The notes below the pieces were generated by a model. It was not told the DNA's origin and ran no database searches. It worked only from the letters and a program-made list of their open reading frames with translations. This document shows, one piece after another, positions 26,830 to 34,748 of a DNA stretch of 64,000 bases (positions are counted from its first letter, which is position 1; each line of letters begins with the position of its first letter). The DNA comes from Octopus vulgaris (taxonomy: Eukaryota). Where the stretch lies: NCBI GenBank assembly GCA_951406725.2, contig OX597815.1:168888001-168952000 (forward strand), in the 5' to 3' direction. Both the position numbers and the translations under genes were made by a program.

Positions 26830-29800
26830 GTATGTCTGTGTGTATACATATACAGTATGTTCAGGGTAAGACTTTAAACTGCATCCAGTAGTGGAGCCCT
26901 GGTATGGGAGTTCCAAATTTTCATTATATAAATCTGTACTTACTCTTTTTGATTTTTAACTTTCTTGGCATCTTCAACACTTTCTTCTCTGCAATCAGAC
27001 ATCCAAAGATCTCAGTTAATGTAATAATATGTTCGGATAATTAAATAATATAGGATATAAGGCTATAACATATAGATATAATTTCCAGTAAGAAAGAATA
27101 TTGAGTGCTTCAACAAAAGTTGAAATGTCTACTGTAACAGAAATTATATTAGTTACATATAATTTATATATTTCTTCCCTAGTCCTCATCGTGATTAATG
27201 AGTCAATTAGCAAAGAAGGGGTCATTCTGTAACCTTTGTAGATTAATGATCCTCACTGAGGCAATGGCGAAGGACCAAGATCTCTGGAGATATGCTGTGA
27301 CTACAAAGACCCGGGCTGCTTCCTGCACCAGTTCCGCATAGTCCCTGCCCATTCAAAGTACCTTGGATTCCAGAACATCCCGCTGTGCTTGAGGAGACCT
27401 GTTGAGTCAAGTACATGAACATCGAAATAAATATCAATGGAAATAGTAGTCGTGATACCTGTGCCGGTGGCACATAAAAAGCACCATACGAACGTGGCCG
27501 TTGCCAGCGCTGCCTTGACTGGCTTCTGTGCCGGTGGCACATAAAAAGCACCATCCGAACGTGGCCGTTGCCAGCGCGGCCTTGGCTGGCTTCCGTGCCG
27601 GTGGCATGCTAAAAACACCAACCGATCGTGGCCAATGCCAGACTCCCCTGGCACCTGTGCTGGTGGCACATAAAAAGCACCCACTACACTCGCAGATTGG
27701 TTGGCGTTAGGAAGAGCATCCAGCTGTAAAAACACTGCCAGATCAGACTGGAGCCTAGTGCAGCCATCTGGCTTCCCAGACCCCGGTCGAACCATCCAAC
27801 CCGTGCTAGCGCGGAAAACGGACGCTAAACGATGATGATGAATGATGTTTCAGTTTGAACACTTTTCGGTCAATGGTCGCAGATAAAAAGAGGGGTGTCA
27901 GAGGGTGAAAGTCTTGTGGGGAATAACTTAGCAGAGGACTCTAATGCAGGCCGTTGCTGACATTGTCGTCATTTAACAGTCATCTTCTATGTTGCAATGT
28001 GTTGGAGGTAACATTGAGAGTGATGAGAGGAGACATGCTGCATAACAACAAAAGTTATAAGAAGAAATAGAAGCAAGATTTGAAGTAAAAAGAATAAGGC
28101 AAACTAAAATTAAGAACAAGAAAACGAAGCAACACATCAACCAGAAAGATTAAATATTACTAAGAAAATTGAATTGTCATTTTTTTTTTTAACGGACACT
28201 ACACTCGATCAAGAGTATAGTTAAGAATTATCCTTCTTGTAATCAGAAATGCAGATTGCAAGGTGGATAACTCTTACAAATAATCTCCCCTTGAATATGT
28301 GACTATTTCGTCTTAGTGAACCGACAAAAAAATGGGAACACATTTCTCTATATAGTTTAAAATGTCAGCTAAACAACAACAGTAACAATATTAACTTCAT
28401 TGCTACTTCATTCCTGTTGAGATAAACTGTCTTTGATTCATTTAATTTTGAAAATAATAACTATCCGAACGTGGCCGTTGCCAGCGTTGCCCTGACTGGC
28501 CTCCGTGCCGGTGGCACATAAAAGGCACCAACTGATCGTGGCCGTTGCCAGCCTCACCTGGCACGTAAAAAGCACCCACTACACTCACGGAGTGGTTGGT
28601 GTTAGGAAGGGCATCCAACTGTAGAAACACTGCCAGATCAGACTGGGCCTGATGCAGCCTCTGGCTTCCCAGACCCCAGTTGAACCGTCCAACCCATGCT
28701 AGCATGGAAAGCGGATGTTAAACGATGATGAACGATGATGATGAATAAAGTTTGGAACATAAATTAACTAAAAATTCTATCAAAAGATTTTAATTTAGAT
28801 TAAAACAGATTTCTATCACCAAACCAAGGGTGGTCTCAGGTGGGTCGGTACCAAAATGAATAAATAACATCTCTGTATTAAAAAGCTTACCTTTTATTAA
28901 GAGGTTCTAATTTTGGTAGGTAATGATCTGAAGTATCCTCTGGATAAGCACGAGGAGACCAAGAACTGCCGTCTGGGAAAACTTGAGAAACCCAACTCAT
29001 ACTTGTCACTTCTTCATGGATATTAACTTCATGTAGCACATCAGCATTCTCAATATGACAAAGACATACTTTGCCGTGAGTGTAACCAACAGCCAATACT
29101 GTAATATACAGGAAACACCATACAGGGTTATAATCTATACTGATTATTGATAGGATTTAGTTTATTTTTTATCTTTTACTTGTTTCAGTTATTGGATTGT
29201 AGCCATCTGGAGCACTACTTTGAAGATTTAGTCAAATGAATCAACTGCTGGTATTTATTTTTTTAAAGTCTGGTACTTACTCTATCAGTTACTTTTGCAG
29301 AACTTCTAAGTTACAAGAACATAAACAAACCAACGCCAGTTGTCAAGAGATAGGAGTAGGGACAGATATAAAGGCATACAAACATCAGGTTTCTTTGTTT
29401 CTGTTGATCAGATTCACTCACTAGGCATTGGTAACTCCAGGGGTATACATAATAGGCGGCGAGCTGGCAGAAATGTTAGCACGCCGGGCGAAATGCGTAG
29501 CCGTATTTCATCTGCTGTCACGTTCTGAGTTCAAATTCCACCGAGGTCGACTTTGCCTTTCTTCCTTCCGGGGTCGTTAAATTAAGTACCAGTTATGCAC
29601 TGGGGTCGATGTAATCGACTTAATACCTATGTCTGTCATTGTTTGTCCCCTCTATGTTTGGCCCCATGTGGGTAATAAAGAAATAGGAATAATACAAGAC
29701 ACTTTCCCAAGGTAGCATAGAGTAGGACTAAACGATCTTAACCATACAGCCATGCCAGCACCTATTCTTGTAGAATGAGTTTTGAATTACAAAACCACAT

Positions 29801-30300
29801 TAAACTAGCTTAAAATAACATCATAACTTAGATCTAATAATGAAATTCATAAAATATGGAATCTAATTAGGATAAATAGCTCGAGTGTCTTAGAAGTAAT
29901 TAATAAAAAAGCTTCCAATTAAAATAGGGAAGTACTTACTCCGGCCATCTGGGCGCCATGCCATACTACCAACAGTAACATTATCAGCTGGAGCAGGAAT
30001 AGTCCAAACCTTCTGCCAAGAAAGACGATGCAGAACAACCTACCAAACAGAAGAAAAAGTTTTGCTGTATAATATTAGAAAAATACTTTTAGGAAAATGG
30101 AGCAATATTTTTAATACAAAGAAATTATAGCAAGCATTCTTTAAAATTCTGGGTTTACTAAAATGAAGAATTATTTTTATATTTACCTCCCCTTGAAGAT
30201 TTGCTAATGCAATAAGGTCCATTTTTGGTGACCAGAGCATTGACGTAACTTCCACAGATACATGTCGATCTTCTGTCTGGCGAAATGTAGACTGTTCCAT
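851..30300 (-). CDS. ANAPC4: Anaphase-promoting complex subunit 4, multi-exon gene, 3' end beyond the window start
   Basis: 20 GT-AG exons join in phase: 30187-30300, 29940-30039, 28891-29098, 26944-26988, 26110-26218, 23987-24094, 23260-23343, 20900-20995, 19606-19679, 19444-19486, 17479-17552, 16118-16270, 14655-14710, 12917-12966, 11232-11297, 9932-9982, 6451-6538, 5127-5224, 2426-2493, 851-886. Peptides WSPKMDLIALAN, AWRPDG, EAWEDILMEMD, GLKKLGLSIESSY and LKAFFRWLYV match recalled APC4. Confidence 0.95.
2426..2493 (-). CDS. ANAPC4: ANAPC4 exon
   Basis: NVIGRECHSSCLIKLFSMPKNN. Confidence 0.82.
3522..3922 (+). mobile_element. tRNA-derived SINE with CORE-like domain (family A)
   Basis: A box GTGGCTGTGTGG, B box GGTTCAGTCCC, CACCTTG(G)GCAAGTGTCTT, internal (AT/GT)n and GTAAAAGA tail; many copies in the window. 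Confidence 0.85.
4500..4883 (+). mobile_element. Non-autonomous Helitron
   Basis: A|TC start (TCTCTATATATATATAAAG), subterminal GC hairpin CCC(A)AGCAATGCCGGG, CTAG|T end. Confidence 0.7.
5127..5224 (-). CDS. ANAPC4: ANAPC4 exon
   Basis: STLLYSVKPNNSLVQVQQILEEKIEVALTKPT. Confidence 0.88.
6451..6538 (-). CDS. ANAPC4: ANAPC4 exon
   Basis: YLRKEDLQFPPDNSKNPWVKFSQSHPVLA. Confidence 0.9.
6721..6761 (-). ncRNA. Degenerate minimal hammerhead motif
   Basis: ATTTC TTGAAGA AGGG CGTCCTAA CCCT GAA ATAT T GAAAT; C3 replaced by U. Confidence 0.45.
7200..7441 (-). mobile_element. SINE family B nested in a family A SINE
   Basis: TSD TATAGCCC at 7192-99 and 7442-49. Confidence 0.85.
7514..8775 (-). mobile_element. 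Decayed full-length mariner DNA transposon
   Basis: About 27-bp TIRs (TTGGGTCATCCCATAAATAATGCGGTT; left copy has mismatches) flanked by TA. Transposase remnants WVPHKL, IVTGDENW and YS(L)DIAPSDYH carry stops and frameshifts. Confidence 0.93.
8790..9692 (+). mobile_element. Composite non-autonomous retroelement (family D) with internal ~61-bp repeats and (GAT)n tail
   Basis: Duplicated ~285-bp block, tandem GGTGGCACATAAAAACACCATCCGAGCGTGGCCG units, 3' TTAGGAAGGGCATCCAGC...GGACGYTAAAYGATGATG. Confidence 0.8.
9932..9982 (-). CDS. ANAPC4: ANAPC4 exon
   Basis: NKDDSKKPGFKLEKVGQ; AAG acceptor. Confidence 0.85.
11232..11297 (-). CDS. ANAPC4: ANAPC4 exon
   Basis: MTQHDFNFVAEFIRDNFDQLSL. Confidence 0.92.
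11847..12340 (+). mobile_element. tRNA(Arg)-like-headed SINE (family C)
   Basis: GGAGGCGCAATGGCCCAG...GACTCGCG (TCG anticodon-like)...GGTTTCGATTCC head followed by a non-tRNA body; relatives at about 2120-2270 and 52750-53050. Confidence 0.72.
12541..12895 (+). mobile_element. SINE family A
   Basis: Same consensus as 3522-3922. Confidence 0.85.
12917..12966 (-). CDS. ANAPC4: ANAPC4 exon
   Basis: VMLRLAGELPPTQELSK; in-frame donor GTCAGC. Confidence 0.85.
13502..13908 (+). mobile_element. tRNA-derived SINE with Meta/MESC-like core (family B), dimeric
   Basis: GGCG..GAGCTGGCAGAA...GAGTTCAAATTC...GACTTTGCCTTTCATCCTTTCGGGGTCGAT; near-TSD ATA(T/C)TTGTCCTG. Confidence 0.85.
14135..14544 (-). mobile_element. 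Non-autonomous Helitron
   Basis: Minus strand A|TCTATAATATAAA...CCGGGTGAAACCGGG hairpin...CTAG|T. Confidence 0.72.
14655..14710 (-). CDS. ANAPC4: ANAPC4 exon
   Basis: VIDRSIKSLKAFFRWLYV. Confidence 0.93.
15343..15792 (-). mobile_element. Penelope-like fragment with inverted duplication, inserted in a SINE microsatellite
   Basis: 68-bp inverted repeat (15449-516, 15725-92) and a hammerhead core; the host SINE resumes after 15792. Confidence 0.6.
15577..15644 (-). ncRNA. Type I hammerhead ribozyme motif (canonical core, GUC site)
   Basis: CCA CTGATGA GAACTT...AAGTTT GAA ACCTAAGGT C CGG. Confidence 0.68.
16118..16270 (-). CDS. ANAPC4: ANAPC4 exon
   Basis: VGVSIMNHLRDLYGMSMWYDRFGVVGL...FVMKASELH. 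Confidence 0.92.
16503..16723 (-). mobile_element. Short Penelope-like/retrozyme-like insert with hammerhead motif and partial inverted duplication
   Basis: Perfect 15-bp TSD CCATGAAATTTAATT (16488-502, 16724-38); 37-bp inverted repeat; hammerhead at 16637-87. Confidence 0.72.
16637..16687 (-). ncRNA. Minimal type I hammerhead ribozyme, G3-C8 core variant
   Basis: TTTGTCA GTGAACA G GTCGC-loop-GCGAC GAA AATATT T TGACAAA. Confidence 0.7.
17479..17552 (-). CDS. ANAPC4: ANAPC4 exon
   Basis: GLKKLGLSIESSYLSIQKLVVRLQ. Confidence 0.93.
17654..17869. mobile_element. hAT-type MITE
   Basis: TIR CAGTRGTTCTCAACC...GGTTGAGAACCACTG with degenerate 8-bp TSD ATCTATCC/ATTTAACC; partial relative ending at 42372. 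Confidence 0.75.
18911..19025. repeat. (CTGT)n-(GT)n microsatellite
   Basis: Direct reading. Confidence 0.95.
19444..19486 (-). CDS. ANAPC4: ANAPC4 exon
   Basis: STELRLFLLHELTEK. Confidence 0.9.
19606..19679 (-). CDS. ANAPC4: ANAPC4 exon
   Basis: QCGSSRPAVSVSTDLLEMLLMGRA. Confidence 0.88.
19852..20074 (+). mobile_element. piggyBac-like MITE, family 2
   Basis: TTAA-CCCTTTTG...CAAAAGGG-TTAA; related copies at 47499-47711 (reverse) and about 46472-46688. Confidence 0.8.
20183..20398 (+). mobile_element. SINE family B
   Basis: 12-bp TSD AGAAATATTGTT (20169-80, 20399-410). Confidence 0.88.
20900..20995 (-). CDS. ANAPC4: ANAPC4 exon
   Basis: YLNSTIQQMTEAWEDILMEMDDKLLKFAEEKK. Confidence 0.93.
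23165..23224 (+). mobile_element. Solo 3'-terminal fragment of the same mariner family
   Basis: CGCATTATTTATGGGATGACCCAA-TA plus subterminal sequence matching 7514-7570 reversed. Confidence 0.8.
23260..23343 (-). CDS. ANAPC4: ANAPC4 exon
   Basis: MDTTLLASRHQELRLLALKYAELSSLLE. Confidence 0.9.
23987..24094 (-). CDS. ANAPC4: ANAPC4 exon
   Basis: RSRVNSAMISQDLYTLWLILEV... Confidence 0.88.
24243..24636 (-). mobile_element. SINE family A
   Basis: Reverse copy, nested within a (GAT)n-tailed element. Confidence 0.85.
25290..25508 (+). mobile_element. SINE family B
   Basis: Family consensus. Confidence 0.85.
26110..26218 (-). CDS. ANAPC4: ANAPC4 exon
   Basis: LNLLVVGSAVGNVYLFAYGIFP... Confidence 0.9.
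26529..26563 (+). ncRNA. Degenerate minimal hammerhead motif in a Penelope-like pLTR fragment (about 26455-26653)
   Basis: GTCT CTGACGA A GAGC TCC GCTC GAA ATGT T AAAC. Confidence 0.55.
26654..26855. repeat. Compound (AT)n/(GT)n microsatellite
   Basis: Direct reading. Confidence 0.9.
26944..26988 (-). CDS. ANAPC4: ANAPC4 exon
   Basis: EESVEDAKKVKNQK; phase 2-2, CAG/GTAAGT. Confidence 0.8.
27245..27848 (+). mobile_element. Family D element preceded by an RTE 3' fragment
   Basis: Same internal units and tail; relatives at 1033-1260, 21250-21487, 22622-23160, 28460-28743 and 30540-30758. Confidence 0.8.
28891..29098 (-). CDS. ANAPC4: ANAPC4 exon
   Basis: LAVGYTHGKVCLCHIE...YLPKLEPLNK. Confidence 0.92.
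29455..29688 (+). mobile_element. SINE family B nested in a reverse family A copy
   Basis: Family consensus; further copies near 1360, 10860-11200, 18720, 49432, 50066 and 50895. Confidence 0.85.
29940..30039 (-). CDS. ANAPC4: ANAPC4 exon
   Basis: VVLHRLSWQKVWTIPAPADNVTVGSMAWRPDGR; AG/GTAAGT. Confidence 0.93.
30187..30300 (-). CDS. ANAPC4: ANAPC4 first coding exon
   Basis: MEQSTFRQTEDRHVSVEVTSMLWSPKMDLIALANLQGE; acceptor at 30316-17, donor GTAAAT. Confidence 0.92.
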
Positions 30301-32229
30301 TTTGATAACGAGTTCCTGGAAATACATCAGATCAGTTTATAATTTAGTCAGATTTTTTTTTTAATAACTTAGAGGAAAGTAGTGGGAGAGGGAAACCCAG
30401 GAAGACATAGGATAAAGTATTGAAAGCCGATCTCAAAATGCTGAACCTTATGAAGGAGATGACAGAGGACCTAGACATATGGTGCATTGTTGTACTGTAG
30501 AAGATCCACCCACCAAAACAGAATTGAGATCCTAAAACCAAGGTACCACATAAAAAGCATTGGTGTGGGTACTGGTGCCATGGAAAAAGCACCCAGTAAA
30601 CTTCTTAAAGTGGATGGCATTAGGAAGGGCATCCAGCTGTAGAAAGCATGCCAAAAGAGACTATGGAACCTGGTGCAACCCCTGGCCTTGCCAGTTCCTG
30701 TCAAGCCATCCAACCCATGCCAGCATGGCATGCAGACATTAAGTGATGATGATGATGATATAACTTTTTCAACTATTGTTACTTCTGAAATTGCAGTAGC
30801 AGGAATAATGTCTCAAAATGGAAAGTCATATATATATATATTAGTTATACTCTTTCCAAAACTCAAAGAAACTGGTGCAATTCTGAACATTAAACTAACG
30901 CAGTGGTATGGTATATAGGAAGATTAAGACATTTTTCACACAGGTGTCTGATCATTAGTTTTTGCAATTCATTTTCTTTCAAGATGTTTGTTACCTGGGG
31001 GAATTTTACAGCAGACAGCCATATACACACTTATATTATCATATAATTTCTAAAATCATTCACATGCTCAGCAAAAAAAAGCAATCAATCTTGATAGCTT
31101 AATAGTCTGCAGCATGACACAGATCAGCTTGATAAACTGTTCTATAATGCATAAAACAGTTAATGATGAATTTGTTTGAGCTAAAGTTCAGACTGTTAAG
31201 GACAATCATTTCAACAATATACCTTTATGTTCACTTTAAAAAAATACAGCACATGGTTGGAAACGATGGGTCTAGATTAGCATTTTTAGCACAATAAGTT
31301 CTCATTCGTCTAAACTGATTGTAAAGAATAATTATATATTTAATAAAAACATGCTAATCATTCCTGAACTTTATAGACAAAACTTCTGTCCATAATTTGT
31401 GACATATATACAAAAAGGCATACAACAAGCACTAAAGGAAGCTTAAATTCAATGCCCTAACCTTGATAGAGGTACTGAAGAATCTATTAGATTTTGTGAT
31501 GTTTGATAAAAGAGTTCTAGGAAAGATTACATATGGATTAGAGAAACATACAAAATGATGGAAACATGTTGATCACAATCAATTCAGCCACTAATTAGAT
31601 TAAAGCAGTTTTATGTCCCAGAAGCTTGGAAAATGCAACAAAATGACAACGTTGCATCTTTTCTAGATTTGGTGTTTTAATAACAGTGGTTTTAGACAAG
31701 TGGCCAAATTTATTTATCCACAAACACAAGAAAATTTTTTTTTACTGTTAAAATGCAATGTGAGTGCATTATTTACTGTAAACTGCACTCCTTGGTATCA
31801 GATCATCATTACATATAATGTCCGTTTTCCATACCTGCATGGGTTGGCCACACCAAGTTCCAAGTCTGTTTTGGCTTGGATTCTACAGCTGGATGTCCTT
31901 CCTAATGCCATGCTATCACAACATGTACTGATGGAGCTTTTTCCACTTCCCTCTCAATCAACTTTAATGTGCCCCAAGATTCCTTCTATACATCAATGAG
32001 CTATTTGTCACAATACCCAACATCAATCACTCTTATGCAGACGATACGATCCTTCATTCGTACCTAACCTGCCCAACCATACATCAGCCACATTCAGTCT
32101 AAACACCATATGCAAAACCTACATTGATTCCACGAACAGACATCTTAAGAACATTCTCTGATAGGGCCAAACCTATCTTGTCTCTTTTAACAGCAAACGT
32201 AGAAAAAAAAACTAAGCACTACTCATTTA

Positions 32230-32760
32230 AAAAAAAAAACACCACTGCACCCAACCTTAACATAAGTAACATTAAGCAAGAGCTTTTCCTTTCTCTCCAA
32301 ATAGTGGTCCTCACTATCACCAAGGATCTCTCCTAGCAAAAATATCCTTAACATAGCTAAGACCACATCCCAAAAAGACAAGCCCAGAAAGAGTTTCAGT
32401 CTCCAACAGTTACAGACACTACAAAATTCAAGTGAATCCCTGTTATGCACACAGACATCGTGGAACACATCCTGAGAAGATTAAATTGTTAACAGACACT
32501 CTTCAGCGTCAGGCCCACGGTCATTCTGTCTCCTCTGTCTTTTCTATTGCTAGTATAATGGCCTGTTTTACAGAGCTGGCTGGTCTCGCGTAACTTCCTC
32601 ACGAGTATACACACCTCTAACCCACTCATCACCTTGATGCATTCTTCCGCCAGCCCCACATTAACCCCTATTTCCAGTTCTTCTTCCCCATAACATTGGT
32701 TCTCTTTTCCTTGCTTATGTCTTTCTTACAGATGTTGATTTGCAACAGGTTGAATGGTAG
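32230..32760 (+). mobile_element. Highly decayed CR1/Jockey-group LINE fragment
   Basis: LTITKDLS*..I.NIAKTTSQK-like post-RT peptide; related remnant at about 24760-25230. Confidence 0.45.
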
Positions 32761-34491
32761 CTAACTCACTAGTCTCGGAGGGACTACCCCTTCTTTCAGA
32801 CATAGCAAGTATAAAACCCCTTATCTAAATAGACACAGTGCATGTGAATGAAGTCTAGCAAGTGCAACTGGGATTCATCGAAGAGTTCTCAATAGAAGTC
32901 TGATCATAATATCATACAAGCCATATAACAATTTAACCTAAATTGTAGTATTGTTAACGCAGGTTGGCACTAAAAGAACAGGTCTTTTGAATCACAGACA
33001 TTTTGGTCATGACATCCTATCACTTCTTACTAAGGCAATGTACATCTAGTGTCACATTAAATGTCTCCGTAGAATGTGCATAGGAATATATTGTCCAACG
33101 AATCCTTCGCCTCTTTTGAGATAGTAAGAAGGGTTTTATTTCAGACTGAACAGAGACTTTTCGTGACTTATTATGTTGATATGAATTAAAATGGTTAGCA
33201 ACTAAACTTGTACATTGATTTTAAGTGAAGAGAAACCAAAAGTTGACACTACAACCACCAGGAGGAACTGACAAGAAACCACGGAGTTTGGGGTTGTTTT
33301 TTTTCGATGGCGGGATGGGATCGGTTAAAGAAAAGAAAGTGGTTTCCCTCTGAAAACGAATTAACAGTAAACACTGAATATGCTGAAAAACCTAACGCCT
33401 AACAGGATTATGTATGAATATGAGATACATATAATGGATAAATAAAATACAAAGAAGTTCAAAGAATGCGAAACTTCAGTTTGAGTTACAAAACTTGACA
33501 TGATATAGAGACTTTTCATACACTCAAACGATTATGAAATGTGCTTTTGTAACTAAGCTATCAGTTATCGATGATATAATTTTCAATAGAAGAATAATAA
33601 TCTAACAGCCTTACACTTAAAGTGTAAAATTGACTTGCTGTTAATAATAATTGGATTTTTCCGGATGCAATTATTTAATTTTCGAGATGCAATTTGAAAA
33701 AAAAATATAAATATAATAATTCGAATATTTTACGTATCTGAGATTGTGTAATTAGTTAATTGTGTAAATGTGTTAAGCGAATTCTGATAGAGCATGTTGC
33801 TTGTTAGCAGAAATTTCGCCGCTAAAAAGTAAACAAACCGCTTGAGAATGAAAGCATGCAAGGTAATACAAACATTAAAAAAAAATTAATGATTGGAAAT
33901 TCTTCACGCTTCAAAACTTATATATGAAATATTTGATTGAAAATTCAATAAAACAAAAGTATAATTAATCCTTCTTTTTTCATTCCTAATTAAAATACTC
34001 TAAAATATGAAAACTGTGAAGTTTATCTTTTTATCTTTCATCGTTTACTTGTCTTTGGACTGCAGCCATACTGGAGCACTGCCTTGAAGGGTTTAGTCGA
34101 ACAAATCGACCCCAGCTGTTATATTTTTTAAAGTCTGGTGCATATTTTATCGATCACTTTTGTCGAAATGCTATGTTACGAGGACGTAAACAAACCAACA
34201 CCGGTTGTCAAATCGTAGTAGGGGCATACAGAGACACGACACACAGATGTATGTATATATATATACTTTTACTACTTTCGAACAGGTTGAGGCCACGCTG
34301 GAGCAACATACAAATTAATTTTTAAAAAAACATCCGTGGTTACTAAAAGTAGATTTTTCGATACAAACAAATGCAGTGGAGAAATTTTATCTTCATTCTT
34401 TTTTTTTTCTTTTCTAACCTTATACATTTATATTAATCATAAATTATAAATAAATCGAAGTAAATAAATAAATGGCTTAACAGATAATTAC

Positions 34492-34748
34492 TTTCAAAGA
34501 TTTCCCTCGTCTTGGAAATCGGCAGAAACTATTTGAGTTGCAACTTCCGGTGTAGAATATGATAATGAGATTGAGATTATAAAGTAGACAGATGGCGCTT
34601 TGTAGAAATTCGACCAATCAGAATCGAGCTGAGAATTTCAACAAGGAACCGCGGTCATTTCAATTTAGGATCCGTCTTCGGTTTTTTTGTATGTAATATT
34701 TGAATATTTGTTAATACTAAATTACCATAGGAGTATCTTATTTATTTG
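34492..34748. promoter_or_regulatory. Putative bidirectional promoter and first non-coding exons of ANAPC4 (-) and ARHGAP19 (+)
   Basis: Locally CpG-retaining segment with ETS motif ACTTCCGG (34543-50), AGATGGCGC (YY1/CTCF-like, 34590-98) and CCAAT box (GACCAATCAGA, 34612-22). Outward-facing donors: GTAATT on minus at 34491 and GTGAGT on plus at 34749. Confidence 0.65.

Noticed and set aside
27000-28880. Missing small ANAPC4 exon equivalent to human YSNTSKIF
   Set aside because: No convincing exon was found by eye and the flanking exons join in phase without it. A microexon cannot be excluded.
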